This document shows positions 34,667-58,327 of a stretch of 64,000 bases of DNA, one piece after another. The position numbers and the translations under genes are program-made. Position 1 is the first letter of the stretch, and each line of letters begins with the position of its first letter. The notes beneath the pieces are model-generated. The model saw only the letters and a program-made list of their open reading frames with translations, was not told where the DNA came from and ran no database searches. The stretch comes from Salpingoeca rosetta (lineage: Eukaryota; Protista; Choanoflagellata): assembly GCA_033442325.1 (NCBI GenBank), contig JAWQFM010000019.1:730315-794314 (forward strand). Reading direction: 5' to 3'.

Positions 34667-36356
34667 GTGATGATGATGGTGCATTGTGGTGATGGTGGTG
34701 GGGGTGCATTGTGGTGGCAAGGTGATGTGATGGAAGGAGACGATGTGCATCGAGGAAGCACTGCAGCAATAACAACTGATGACACTTGGCATGCAAACAC
34801 ATGTTGACACACATGCATGTGCGCACATGAACACATGCACATGAGAACGTCCGCGCATGCGCACATGCACATGCACAAGCACATCGCCATCAACATCTCC
34901 ACCACCGCCATCGATCAACACCGCACCCCATGCTGTGGCCGAGGATGGAGCGGGCAGCGGGGAGGGCGGGGAGGTGCTGCTCAACAAACGACGGCAGCTC
35001 CTGTCCCCACACACACGCGCGCGCGCATTTCAATACACACGCACATACCCACATACCCACATACCCACATATCCACACGCACACACACACACACACATGC
35101 ATGTAAATACACATACACGCCCACCCACGTGTTCACGTGCTTGTGATTCGGCAAACGTGTGGTGTCGCTTACCTGGGTGATGTACTCGTACATGTGGTAG
35201 TGGTCTTTGTAGTGCTCCGTCGTTGCCGAGATGTAGAACCCAGCGCCTGACAATTGCACGTGCGACGGCGGGAGACGTGCAAAGCGACACGTGGGCGCTT
35301 CTTGTGAACACTCGCAGCAAACAAGCTTTCATACACTCACACACTCACACACTCACACACTCACTCGCGCAGGGCTTCACATGTCCAAGACAACTCCCGT
35401 CCACAGCGTCACGGACCGGTGCCAAAGTCGTACGCGTCGTCCTCGCCAGGAAGGTTGCATCCACCTGAAGATGCGAGTTGGCACGTGATGAGCACAGCTG
35501 TATCATTCAATGAAACAAGTCCTCACGTCCACACACATCCACACACACACACACAGGCGCGCATACATACAAGCGTGCACCACGCACGTACCAACAAGCC
35601 TCACACTTACGAGGGCTGGTATCTGGGCACACAACCATGAGGTTGTTCTCTGCCAGGTACTTCTGAGCACCGGCTTTGGTGATGAAGTTGGTATCATCGC
35701 AGGTCAGTCCCGACAGCCAATACATGGTCTGTGGCACAATTCAACAGCCCCAAGCAAGATGAGAAGATTGAGCTGCAGCGCAATCGAAGAACACGCGAGC
35801 GTGCTGCAGTTATAATCTGCAGGCAATAGCCACAACTGACGTCCACGTCAGCAAGCAAATGGACTCACGACGAACAGCAAAAACAACTTCGCGCTGCGAT
35901 GGAAGTACGACACAGAGAGTGTAACTCGCAGGAACAGCCGTGAACGCACTGGGCATTTGGCAGCAGGGTCTGTCTCGCAAACGGGGGGCGTGTAGACAGC
36001 AAAGCCCATGTCGCACTTGAGGGTCTCGGCATAGTGCCTGTATCGGGTAACGTATCCGCCAAAGCTCTTGCTCCTCGCAACAATCTCCAGCGCAGCATCA
36101 CTGCCGCTGGCCTTGCTGCTGGCCAGGCGCACACCACCTCCACGCTGTCGTCAAAGAATACAACAACAGGAAGTTCATGAGTACGTTGGGGGACTGCATG
36201 TTCGGTTGTGTGTGTCTGTGTGTGTCTGTGTGTGTCTGTGTGTGTCTGTGTGTGTCTGTGTGTGTCTGTGTGTGTCTGTGTGTGTCTGTGTGTGTCTGTG
36301 TGTGTGTGTGTGTCTGTGTGTGTCTGTGTGTGTGTGTGTGTCTGTGTGTGTTGGCG

Positions 36357-36389
<33 letters not shown>

Positions 36390-36543
36390 GCCTGTCTGCC
36401 TGTCTGTCTGTCCAACGATTGTGTTGCATCATTTTCAAGCAAACAAGTACGAGCCCATAAAGGCGACAACACCGCCTGCAGGATCGTACCAGCAGGGCAG
36501 GCACAACAGTGCCAGTGGCCCGAGCAAGACGAAGCAGTGTCAT
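33523..36543 (-). CDS. ESD: S-formylglutathione hydrolase (esterase D)
   Basis: [54 protein letters not shown] (nucleophile), [45 protein letters not shown]. The first exon (36543-36451) is inferred. Confidence 0.95.
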
Positions 36544-36674
36544 CGCCTTCCTTCTTTCGCGCTGCCAATTGTAGAAAAGTTGTGGAAATTGTACACAACT
36601 TTCAAGCCAAAGAGGCACAAAAGACAACATCCAACCAATCCATCCCTCTCTCTCTCTCTCTCCTTGAGACGACC
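36544..36674. promoter_or_regulatory. Candidate minimal bidirectional promoter ESD/INO80B with an inverted repeat
   Basis: 131 bp between divergent ATGs; AAAGTTGTG-N9-CACAACTTT at 36576-36602. Confidence 0.5.
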
Positions 36675-38382
<1,708 letters not shown>

Positions 38383-38799
38383 CCCTCATGTGTGTGTCTG
38401 TGTGAGAGAGATAGAGAGAGAGAGTGTGTGTGTGTGTGTGTCTGCCTATGCTTCTGCGTGTGTATGTGTGTCTGTGTGTGTGTGTGTGTTTCTGTGTGTG
38501 TCGACGTATCCCCTGTGGTTGTTCAATCGCCACTGTGGCGTCTCGACAACGCTCTTCGAGTGGTCTCAATGCATCAAGCAGCAGTCACGTGCATTTATGG
38601 TTATCTGCACTCTCGCTCCCTTGCGCTGTTACCTTTATTCCCACACTTCTTTGCTCTTGCTCCTCTGTACACACGCAGCAATGAATCCTAACATAAACGC
38701 GTCAGCAACCACACTCAACATCACATACACACAAACATACCCACGTCATTACGTCATTGTGTGTGGGTGTGTGTGGGTGCGTGTGGGTGCGTGCGTGCG

Positions 38800-43405
<4,606 letters not shown>

Positions 43406-43493
43406 CTTGCTTCTTGCTTGCTGTTTTCTTGGCTTGCTTGCTTCTACTTCTTGCTTTTTTTTTCTTGTGAGTGTGCCGACTGTGTGTGTGCTG

Positions 43494-43556
<63 letters not shown>

Positions 43557-43834
43557 ACTCTGTGTGTGTGTGTGCGTGAGTGTGCTGGCTCTATGTGTGT
43601 GTGTGTGTGTGCGTGTTTTGGACGGGTGGAAGCACCGTGTTGGGCACTAGGGTATGCGGAAGAGGGTCAAAGTTCATGGCTCACTCACGCCTGTGACGCT
43701 GTGTCTCCCTTTGGCCATGCATCAACACCCAGCCTCCAGACACAAGCATCAACCAGGGATCGGAAAGGGATCGCTCGCTCGCTGACTGCCTGCGCACCGG
43801 GCCTTGGACAAGTTGTGGATCAGACGACACGACC

Positions 43835-46298
<2,464 letters not shown>

Positions 46299-47353
46299 AT
46301 TTGGTGTGGGTCCGACTTTCAAAGTCGCCAAGCTTCCCCAACACGTTTCCTTCCCACAAACCTGCGCCCACCAGCACCTGCGCCTGTTTTGCATGTACCT
46401 CTTCGCAGTGCGTGCGAACACGTTGTGTGTTTGCTTCTCGAGCTGCGTGCATTTTTTGTGTTCGTTCTTCGCTCGCAGTCCCTCCTAGCAAAGCCCAAAC
46501 CCGCCAACTGCAATACAGCCACCCGTCCAACGGTGCTCCGTATTGCCCCCACTACCCTACCAGTTTGTCCCGCATCACATCTGCACGTGATCGGCTTTGA
46601 AAGCCAGTCCCACCGTCAGCATTCGGAAGGTGTGTCCCACACTGCCTGTGCATGCAGAGATGCACGGGAGTAGGTCAAGCACTTCCATGCAGTTGATTTT
46701 GTTGCGTGTTGTGATGGGACATCATTGGTCGCGCGTGTTCGTGACCACGCACATGCGCGCTCATGAACATCGGCTTTGGAAGTGTCGGCAGCACACGCTC
46801 GTGCCTGCGTGCCGTTATGTGCGGTTGTGCGCGCCGTTGGTTGTTCAAAACGAAAACGATCCAACCACACCACACACTCTCTCCTTCTCATCCACAACCG
46901 AAACGATACCAACAGCACGCACAGCATGCATACATGCATGCTGCTTGCTAACTTCTTCTTGTGCTGGGTTTCATAATGTGAGGGCAGCACACATACGCAC
47001 ATACGCACACATCTTCTCACCTTCTTCCCTCTTACCATGCGTGCCACCATGCGATGTCGTTGTTCCCCGCTTCCCGTGTGCGCAGCACGGCACAGGAGAT
47101 TCGTTGGAAGAACCTGAGCGCGTTTGCATGCAGTTCACGCCTCCAAGCAACAACTGGAACGAAACTACCAGCAGGTGCGCGTCCCACTCGCCACTTGCAC
47201 ATCCGCATGTCCACGTATCGAAACATTCCACCGAGACAAAGACGCCTGAGATGTGGCGTTGCATGTGCCACCTAAACACATCACCACAACTGGAGTGGGG
47301 GTGGCTTGGTTCGCGGTTTGTGTGCAACCACCACGAGACAATCCCCAACTCTG

Positions 47354-47413
<60 letters not shown>

Positions 47414-48978
47414 TTTGTGACAGGTGTGCGTGTGTATACTAGTTGCGTGTGTGTGTGTGTACTTTCATCGCGTTCTTCGTTTGATCACACTCCACCTTCA
47501 CACTATGACAAACCAAGCTCCCAACCGCACACAGCCACACAAACGCACCCCCTCACTCGCACCCTCACTCGCGCCCTCACATTTACACGCACGCAGATGC
47601 TGATCAAGCTCCGCGAGTGATCAGTCGTTCATTCAAACTGTGGATCAACCATTGTCCAAGACTGCTTCGGCTTGTCCCCGCTTCGATCACCAACCGCAGC
47701 CACCCACCCCAAGAGCAGCTAAACATTCTGCGTCGCCGTTTGTCCACCTCGTGGCTCGCACCTTGCATCCACCACGTCCAACACGACGCAAGACGCGAAG
47801 GCGCTTTCCCCTTTTCTTCCTTTTCCTTCGCCTCCCAACCCGCCAACTCCGTGAGTCAGCCAGAAGCCATTGGCTGCGAGCAACCTGGCAGCGCGCACTG
47901 AGGTCATTTTCTCATGCACTGGAGTGAGACATCGCTGTGGCTGTCTTCTTCCTGCGTTTCCCTCCTTCCTCTGCGCCCTTCCCTTTCACGCCTCTTGACT
48001 TGTAAGCGCGTGACGGTGACTGTGAGTGGTACTCGAGTGGTGGCGCAGTGATCCTCACCTCCACATGTGTGTGATCGACACAAAGACGCGCCATGCCTGG
48101 CGCTTCCTCCCTTCACACGTTTCTTCTCCCTACACATGTTCTTCTCTCCCTTGCTTTGTCCCTGTCTAACCCCCCACCTCGCCCGATCATTCCACATCGC
48201 CGTTGCTGCATCCCAACTTTGTGCTCATTCACACCTTCCACCAACCCCACCTTCTTCTTCCTTCTCCCGCTCTCCTCTCAGGACGGTCACCCCACGACGT
48301 CAGAAGTACACCAAAAAGCACCAAGCACCGCCAATCCACGGATTTGTCCTTCTCTTTGAAAAGAGGGATATTCATTCCTCCTCATCCTCATCAGGTAAGC
48401 ATTGCACCACCGCTTCCTTTCCCTTTCCCGTACAAGCACCACAGTCATTGTCACCCATGGGCCACCTCCCTTCGCCCCTACAACCATTTCAAACGGCAAC
48501 GACGTCCTTCTTTCGTTTTGACAATTTTGACTGGACTTGTCTGTTGCGTGCCTTCGTGGAAACCGTGTCCCCCAACCTCATATGGGCCTGTCTGTGCAAA
48601 TGCACCTCTCTGCACCAAAGCCAGACAACACAACATAACAACCACGCCCGCGCTTTTCAGCCGTGCTCATCAACACTCAACTCACCTGTATGTCTCCCTT
48701 CAATGTTGAATTCCTTGTTGATGGACGCACTCGTAGGCACACGCAGACTCGTGATCAGCCGATCAACCAAAACCGAAAGGCACGTCGCCCAAAACAACCG
48801 TTCTCTCATCAGCATCCGCGTATCGTCATTCCCTCTCATCCGACAAGACCCCCGTCACTTTGACTCTTCGACCTTCAGCCCAATTCCAAGCCGTTAATCG
48901 CCAACAACAACAGCAGCAGCAGCAGTAGCAGCAAAGGCATTAGCGCTCTGCTGATCAGCCAATCACTTCAGTCCGAAG

Positions 48979-49171
48979 ATGGACGGCCAGCAGCAGCCGG
49001 CACCGGCGCAACACGGTGCCCCTGACGCAGCCCTGCTCTCCCAGCTGCTCAGCCAACTCAACTCCACCGCATTCCCGCCAAGCAGCGCCGCAATGAACGG
49101 ACAAGCACAGGACGTCGTGCTTCTGCAATACCTTCAGGCCCTGGTGAACCAAGCCCAGCAGCAGCAGCAGC

Positions 49172-49217
<46 letters not shown>

Positions 49218-49659
49218 GCAGCAACAGCAACAACAACAACAACAGCCGCAGCCGCAGCCGCAGCCGTCGCAAGCGCATCAAGCCCAAGACCAGCACGGTC
49301 ACGGTTTTCGGGTACAAGCACACGACCCCTCCTTGCAGAGCCAATTTGCGCAGTCAGGCGTGCCAGCAAATCAGAGCGATCATGCTCAGCTTCATCACCA
49401 CCATCCCACGCATAGAACGCAGCCCACACCAGGACCCTTTGCAGATGCGGCACTGGCCCCGCAATCCACAGCGGCAATGGCCCAACATGCTGGTCTGCAA
49501 CCGCAGCAGCATCAACATCAACAACCACAACATCAACAATGCGCAAGGTGGCCGTCCTCATCACCGCCCCACTCACTCCCATCAAGCGTGTCGACGCAAG
49601 CTGGCCCGGCACAGTTGCTGGACTTTGGCACTTTCGGCTCGCAGCAGCCACAGCCACAA

Positions 49660-49697
<38 letters not shown>

Positions 49698-50391
49698 TTT
49701 GGACAGACACGCCAATCCCTTTGCCCTCCCTTTGTTGACGTCATCAGGGCCGTCGACAAAAGCGCCATCGCCGCCATCAACGCTGTTTCCGCTGACAGCA
49801 AACGTGCGTGATCTGGCAGATGCGCAGCGACAGGACGACGACCATCTTCGCTTTCTGCAACAGATGGCCATGACCAGCCCATCGCCCATGAACCAATTCA
49901 GCCACCACCATCAGCCACAACAGCAGCAGCAACAAGCGCAACCCCCGCAACCCCAGCCTGTCACGGGCCACGCAAACTTCATGCACATGCAGCCGACCAC
50001 ACTCTTTGGCGGCCCCAGCGATGCTGGATGTGTGGCACAGCATCCGCTGCCAATGCCGCTCCCGATTCCCCTCGTCACCACGACGCCGGCCGCTCTCGTG
50101 TCGACCGTCGGGCACGTGCCCACGCTCATGCCCTCGATGCCGTTTGCCACAGGCTACTCCCACCACCACCACCACCAAACGTCGTTCTCGCCTGCAGGAG
50201 GCCTGGATGCGCAGCACGGCGGCCACCGACGTGGAAATGGCCGACACGGCCGGCGGCCCCGAGGGGAGCCATCGGCTGAAGCGCACATCCGCCAAGTCTG
50301 CGAGGGTTGCGGAAGCGTCAACTACGTCACCAGGTATGCTAACATGCATAGTGTTGGCGTGGCGTGTGCTGTGTGGACAAGGCTTGCCACA

Positions 50392-50422
<31 letters not shown>

Positions 50423-50554
50423 CAAACAACAGACACACAGCTGACGATACCTTTTTCGTTTCGCTCAGATCTCATTCGTCACTTGCGATTTTTTTCCAAC
50501 AGGGCTCCACCAAAAGACAGGAAAATCATTTGCAAGCAATGCCGAAAGTCAGTA

Positions 50555-50599
<45 letters not shown>

Positions 50600-50954
50600 T
50601 TATCTGTGGTTGGTTGTATGATGGCTGGTGGGCGAGTCTGCTGAAGCTTTGATCCACCGTGTGTGTGTTCTGCATTTGGGTGGTTTGCCTCCCTTTTCGA
50701 CTTTTCGTTTCGCCCACTTGCTCACTCATCACCACCACCACCACCCTCTCCTCTCTGTCACTTTCGTCGTGCTGTCTTGCTGCGTGAGCAGCAGCCTGCG
50801 CCCACGGGTGCAGCGCGTCTTCAAGAACATCAAGGCGCATGAATTCGCCGACTTCACCGTCAAGGACCTTGTGAAAGGTACGCCGTCGCTTGTGCTGCAC
50901 TGCGACCGAGACATGTCCGACAGAGGGAGGGGAGGATGAGAGACAGACAGATAC

Positions 50955-51037
<83 letters not shown>

Positions 51038-52386
51038 TATTTGTAGAGTGAAACACGTTTGCATGTCTCGAAACGCGTCATGGCTTTCCCTGCTCTGCTC
51101 CTCTCACTGTGTTCCCGTGTCCACCTTTCTGTTAATCCATCTGCGTGTTTCACATTCCCATCCATCATCGCCCGCAACCACACATGCGCCCATACACGCA
51201 ACTCCCTCACCCGCGTGCACACTCTGACCCTGGCTCGCACCCTGACTCTGACGTGCGTTTTGCGTTTTTGTGTTCCAACAGCCATCACGGCCATGGCTGC
51301 CCCCTGCCCAACAGGCTTCAAGTGCCCCGTTGACATTTTCCAGAACCAAAAGTGTAGGTTGTCATGAAGCATAGATGCCCGCTCCCTTGCTCAAACCACC
51401 AATGCGATCGGATTGCTCTGCTGTACCTTGATCATGGCGCCAAGCAAGTCCCTTTCATTCCTTTGTTTCGTCAGAGCTGTTGTCTGTCACTGCGCGCACG
51501 GATGTATACATGTGTGCGATTCCTTCGTTTTGCTATGCCAAAAGAACCACACGAACTGCACCAACACTCACTCGTTCATCCCTCTCCGTCATCTGTGTGT
51601 GCTCTGCATGCTCTGCATGTGTTTGCCTCTCCTTCAGCCCGCTGCGTCACCTGCCACGCCCTCCATTTCACCCGCGTCTTCCCCGACGAGACCGCTTCAC
51701 GTGAGTGCTCACTTGTGTATGTGTGCGTGTGTGTGCGCGCGCGCAAGTGGGCGTGTGGTGGCTGTCTGGGCAAGCGCACATACGGGTGAATATGCAGGTG
51801 TGCATTTCTCGAACTGTTGTTCTCTGTGTGTTGTGCCATCACGAGCTCAGGTTTGGGCGCGGCTACCATCCCTTGTTCATGTCATCGACGGTTGCTCTCA
51901 CGTCACCGTCACAGCACTTTAATCAATCAACACTTACCCATCAATCAAACTAACCCCACGACAAAACTCGCTGTTCCATCTAGTGCTGCGGGTGTTCAAG
52001 AAGCGCATTTGTCGCTCCGTGGGGTGCCAGACAAACGGCCGACCGGAAAACGCTGTCGTGCGCGTGACCGATTTGTTCAAGAAGGACTCCAAACGCCGCC
52101 CAACATGCTTTGAGGTCGGCACCAGCACACCGGAAGAATGGGCCGATCTGCCTGCCCTCAGGGGAGGCGGCCGTGTGCAAGGCGGACAAGACGACAGCAG
52201 TGCACGCCCGTTGCCGCCAGCGCCGCTCTCGCCCACACCATCCTCGATGGAGCGCATGCTGTTTCCCTTCTCTGCGCAGGACGGCGACGGGCCCATGGAT
52301 GACATTGTTGATGACGACGACTTTGCTGTTGACGACTTTGGTGGCGGTGGCGGCCGCGTCGATGTTGGTGATGACGATGGTGCCAG

Positions 52387-52417
<31 letters not shown>

Positions 52418-52710
52418 GGTGGTGGTGGTGGCGCTTGTGGTCTGGCTGACGTTGGTGGCCGCCGTGTCACTGCCACCAGTGCTGGAAGTGCCACAACCAC
52501 AGGTCTCCTTGACCGCGGCATCTGCGACACAGACTCGGACGAGATGCTGGCCGTTCGCCTGCCCGGAGCAGACGCCGCCACGGGCACGAAGGGCACGGCA
52601 CCGCGCTTCTCGCGTGCGGACGGATCTCGCTTGTCCGTGTCACCGCCACAGCGGCGATCTAGCGACACCAACACCAACATACTGCTGGCGGCGGTGCGGG
52701 ACCTCATCCC

Positions 52711-52742
<32 letters not shown>

Positions 52743-53038
52743 GTGTCAATTTCAACAATGGCGACGATGATGGCAGCCGCCGCCGCGGTGACCGTTTCGT
52801 CAATGGCGAGCAGGTGGCCAAACGCGCCCGATACGCGAGCAGCGCCGGTGCGAACGTGGACGGCAGCCAAGCCATGGAGAACACGGTATTCAACGGGTAC
52901 GAGCCACTGCTGCAGACACCAAGCGCGTCCACATCCATGCAGTTTGTCGGGCCTGACGCTGGCGGCGATGACGGCATTGTCGATGGTAAAGATACCGCTG
53001 ACTTTATGGCGTCTGTCGACGCATCATCCAACCTCTGA
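48979..53038 (+). CDS. Unrecognised protein: polyQ/Pro/His N-terminus, Cys/His-rich central domain, acidic C-terminus (possible transcription regulator)
   Basis: Exon 1 48979-50333 (three polyQ tracts, ends CEGCGSVNYVT); small exons ~50503-50547 (ICKQCR), ~50795-50877, ~51282-51357, ~51475-51503 (uncertain) and ~51638-51700 (CVTCHALH); last exon ~51984-53038. Splice phases can be joined into one frame. No family recognised. Confidence 0.7.
50941..51037. repeat. Intronic (AGAC)n microsatellite
   Basis: Direct reading. Confidence 0.95.
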
Positions 53039-53080
53039 CGACTTTATGGCGTCTGTCGACGCATCATCCAACCTCTGACG
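53001..53080. repeat. Exact 40-bp tandem duplication spanning the stop codon
   Basis: ACTTTATGGCGTCTGTCGACGCATCATCCAACCTCTGACG x2 (53001-53040, 53041-53080). Confidence 0.98.
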
Positions 53081-54216
53081 GCGACTCAAGCATGGCTGCT
53101 GGGTCGCTGAACGCTGTTGCTGCTTGTTATGTTACACCTTTTTCGCTCCTTCGCTGTTGCTTCGCTGCTGTTACCGTGAGGTGCTTGATTCCTGCATCCG
53201 TGTGTTTGGAAAACGAGCCAAAGCATTCCTTGTTCTCTTCTCCCCTTATCTTCTTCATGCAGTGCATTGAATGGCGCGGGGCTGTGTTGTGTTGTGCTTC
53301 ACATCAACTTTTGTAGTGGGATTTGGTGTCGCTTCTTTTGGTTTTGCTTCTTGTCTTGATTTGCGTTTCGCATTTTGTTGAAGACGGGGCCATGTCCTGG
53401 CTGATCATGGATCTATGACGATGCAGACCGGACCGTGATGCCACCGCTCGTTTTCAGCTCATGTCTGCACCCCATTGTCTGACGGGTTTTGGGTTTGCAT
53501 TCTGAGCACGTGCCCCATGCCCGCCATGCCATGTGCCCCATGCCGAAACGCAATGTCATGCATGGGTCCATCGGATTGTGCTGCCTTCTGCCTTCGCTCT
53601 CGCCGCTGCTCTTCGTTTTTCTTTTTTGTTTGTTTTGTTCCATCTCTATTCCCATCCATACGCTGACTTTGGCTTGCCCTTGCTGCCAGCATGTGTTGGT
53701 TGGTTGGTGTGCGTGTTTATTTCTATATCTGAAGACCCACGGCGCGCGCCCCACACATGTTATGTTGGCTTGCTCTCTGCCACTGCTGTCGTTTCCTGTG
53801 TGTCTTGTGCTGTTTCCCTGTTTCCTTGTGACCTGTTACGCCTACGTCACGGTGCCACAAACCCTTTTCTTCCTCCTCGCGCTCGCTCCCAAGGTGGTGG
53901 CTGCGCGGATGCGTCACATGGCACGTCATGCCACGCGTGACGTCACGTGGTTGTGTCATGCATGGTTGGTTGGTTGGTGCTTGGCCACTGTGTTCATTGT
54001 GTCTCAACATGTAACACCAACATAAAAACATCATTTTCCACCACCACAACGGTCGGGTGCCTTGCAGAATCGCATACACAACAATCAAGAGCGAGCAACA
54101 CGAGAGAGAGAGACAGAGAGGGGAGACGCTGGGAAGAGGGTGAGCGATAAGCAAACAAGCAAGAAAACGAATGAATGAACAAACAAAGAGAGGCGCGCAC
54201 CGATAAGCCTGAGCTG

Positions 54217-56172
<1,956 letters not shown>

Positions 56173-57450
56173 CGTGACACCAGAAGGAGAAGTGCAGCCG
56201 TCGAGCAGACGATCCGTTGTTGCTTGATTTGAGTGTCTTTGCTTCTTGTGCGTGTGTGTGTGCTCGTGTGTTTTCGTCTTTGCATTTGTGTGGTTGCCTT
56301 CTTTTACCACATCCACAGTGGCAAATAACAAATTCCCAACCTAATTTCTTTGGAGAGGCACTTCGATTTCCCAGGATAGGTCAGCCTATCCACACCGATG
56401 TGGTCCTGTCTGAAAATCAGGACAAATCGCACATTCTTTTGCCTGTGCTTGATGGCTTGACCCGCACGACGGCGCTTGATTGATGATTTTGATTGACCCC
56501 GTGCTTGCGACGGGTGTGGCGTACGTGGGAAAAGTGGTGGAGCGAACACCACGCTTTGGTGCTTTGACGCTTGCTTGTGCTTTGCGTTGCTGCAACCCTC
56601 GCTGCTTGCATATGCGTGTGTGTGCGCGCGGGGTGCGTGAATGTTTTGCTGCCGCTGCAAAGTGCCAGGAAAGAGCGGGGGAAAAGCAAGCAACACAGGC
56701 AGAGAGACACAGACGAGTGCTGTCGGTGGGGGTCGTTGGCGTGTGCGTTTCCCTTTCGGTTGGGCGCGGATTTTGATAATTTTGCGGCCCTTTCCAAGCA
56801 CCAGTCAGCCCACCACCACCCAACAACTCTGGTGAGTCAAGCGAGCGAGCGAGTCAGGCCAAGCAATACACGGGCCCAGGCAGAGAAGACAGGCACTGTG
56901 TCAGAGGGAGTGAGAGAGGTGCGAGCACTTGACAGAGAGTGAAGGAGAGGTGCAAACGCTTTGCCTGCCTGAGAGATCGGCCATCCACTTCGTGCACACA
57001 CACACACACACACACACACCATCCAACACAACAATAGCAGTTTGGGCTCTATTTCACCTGCACCAGCACGCGCTTCCGTGCTTGCACGTCAGTTGTTTTG
57101 GTTGTTTCAGCACACACATACACACACACACACAGTCACACAGCCACAACCACTGCAGTCGCAAGGCGAGAAGTCACATGCGCACCGCCGTTTTGCTGTC
57201 TTGCTTTGCTTGTTTGCCTTTACCTATCCTTCCGCTTGCAGGAACACAAATCACAGCCTCCTCGTCCCGTAAACAACGACGATCAGGCGAAGTGCCAAGC
57301 AGACTCTGACACTCGCTCGCTCTCCGTGCAAAGTCAGCAGAAACCACTGTGGTGAGTCGGTGTCAGTGTGTACTGCTGTCGACAGCCTGCACATGTGACC
57401 TGTGTGCGCGTGTGTGCGTGTGCTCATGCGTGTGTGCGTGGGCCTCTCTC

Positions 57451-57492
<42 letters not shown>

Positions 57493-58327
57493 GGCCTCTC
57501 TCTTTGTGTGTGCCTCGGCTTTGTGTGTTGAAGTGGGCGTCGTGCTAGCCCTGCCTCCCTCAGTGCCTTGGCTCGGCCTATTGTGGTTGATCCCTTTGTT
57601 TGGCCTATGGCCGCCTTTTTCCTTGCGTGCTGCTGACGCTTCGCCCACGTGTGGCTGTGCCTCCCGCTCTTCCCCCTTGCTGCCACCCAGTGCCACTGAA
57701 CACCGAGTTTGCGCTAGACCAAAGACAGAGGACACGAGGTGACGACTATGCAACACGTTCACGCCATCGTTCACTGGCCACTTTCCACATTCGTTTTGGC
57801 TGCAGCCTCCAAACACAAACACGCACACACACACATGCACACACACACACACGCATTGCACACAGTGCTCCGTTTACTAATGTATCATTCACATGCACAC
57901 ACTGGCTGGCGCGTGTGCTGATGGCACGACACCGCCCCTCATCCCTGTGCCCCCTCCTTGCTCTTTGCTCCTTGTTTGGCTCTCTTTTCGTTTGCCTCGT
58001 TTTTGCATATCTGACAGTGCCCGCTGTCAACGCTGAGCAAGTGCACCGCTCCTGAGGCAGTCCCCGACACGCACCGCCTTCTTGTGCTGACCTCGTGGCT
58101 TTGCCTCGGCTCTCTGCTTTGTGTGTTTGTTGTTCACCATTACCATCACAACGGAGGGGGGCACGCCACACCAGCGCGCCTCTGGCAGAGCGCACGGACG
58201 ACCGTCCGACAGTCAAGACCCCCATTTCGGTCTACACCCACACCAGCAGCAACAGCAGTTCCTGCAGCAACAGCAGCACCAGCAGTACCAACAACAGCAC
58301 CAGCAGCACCACCCCAATCCTGGAAAC

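Noticed and set aside
51934-53031. 365-aa antisense ORF over the orphan gene's last exon
   Set aside because: A typical antisense shadow of GAC/GAT/GGC-rich coding sequence; no splice or motif support.
53936-53950. CRE/E-box palindrome CGTGACGTCACGTG as a TFEB/CLEAR-type site for LAMP
   Set aside because: It lies downstream of both convergent genes, and CACGTG-like words are abundant in this CA/GT-rich DNA.
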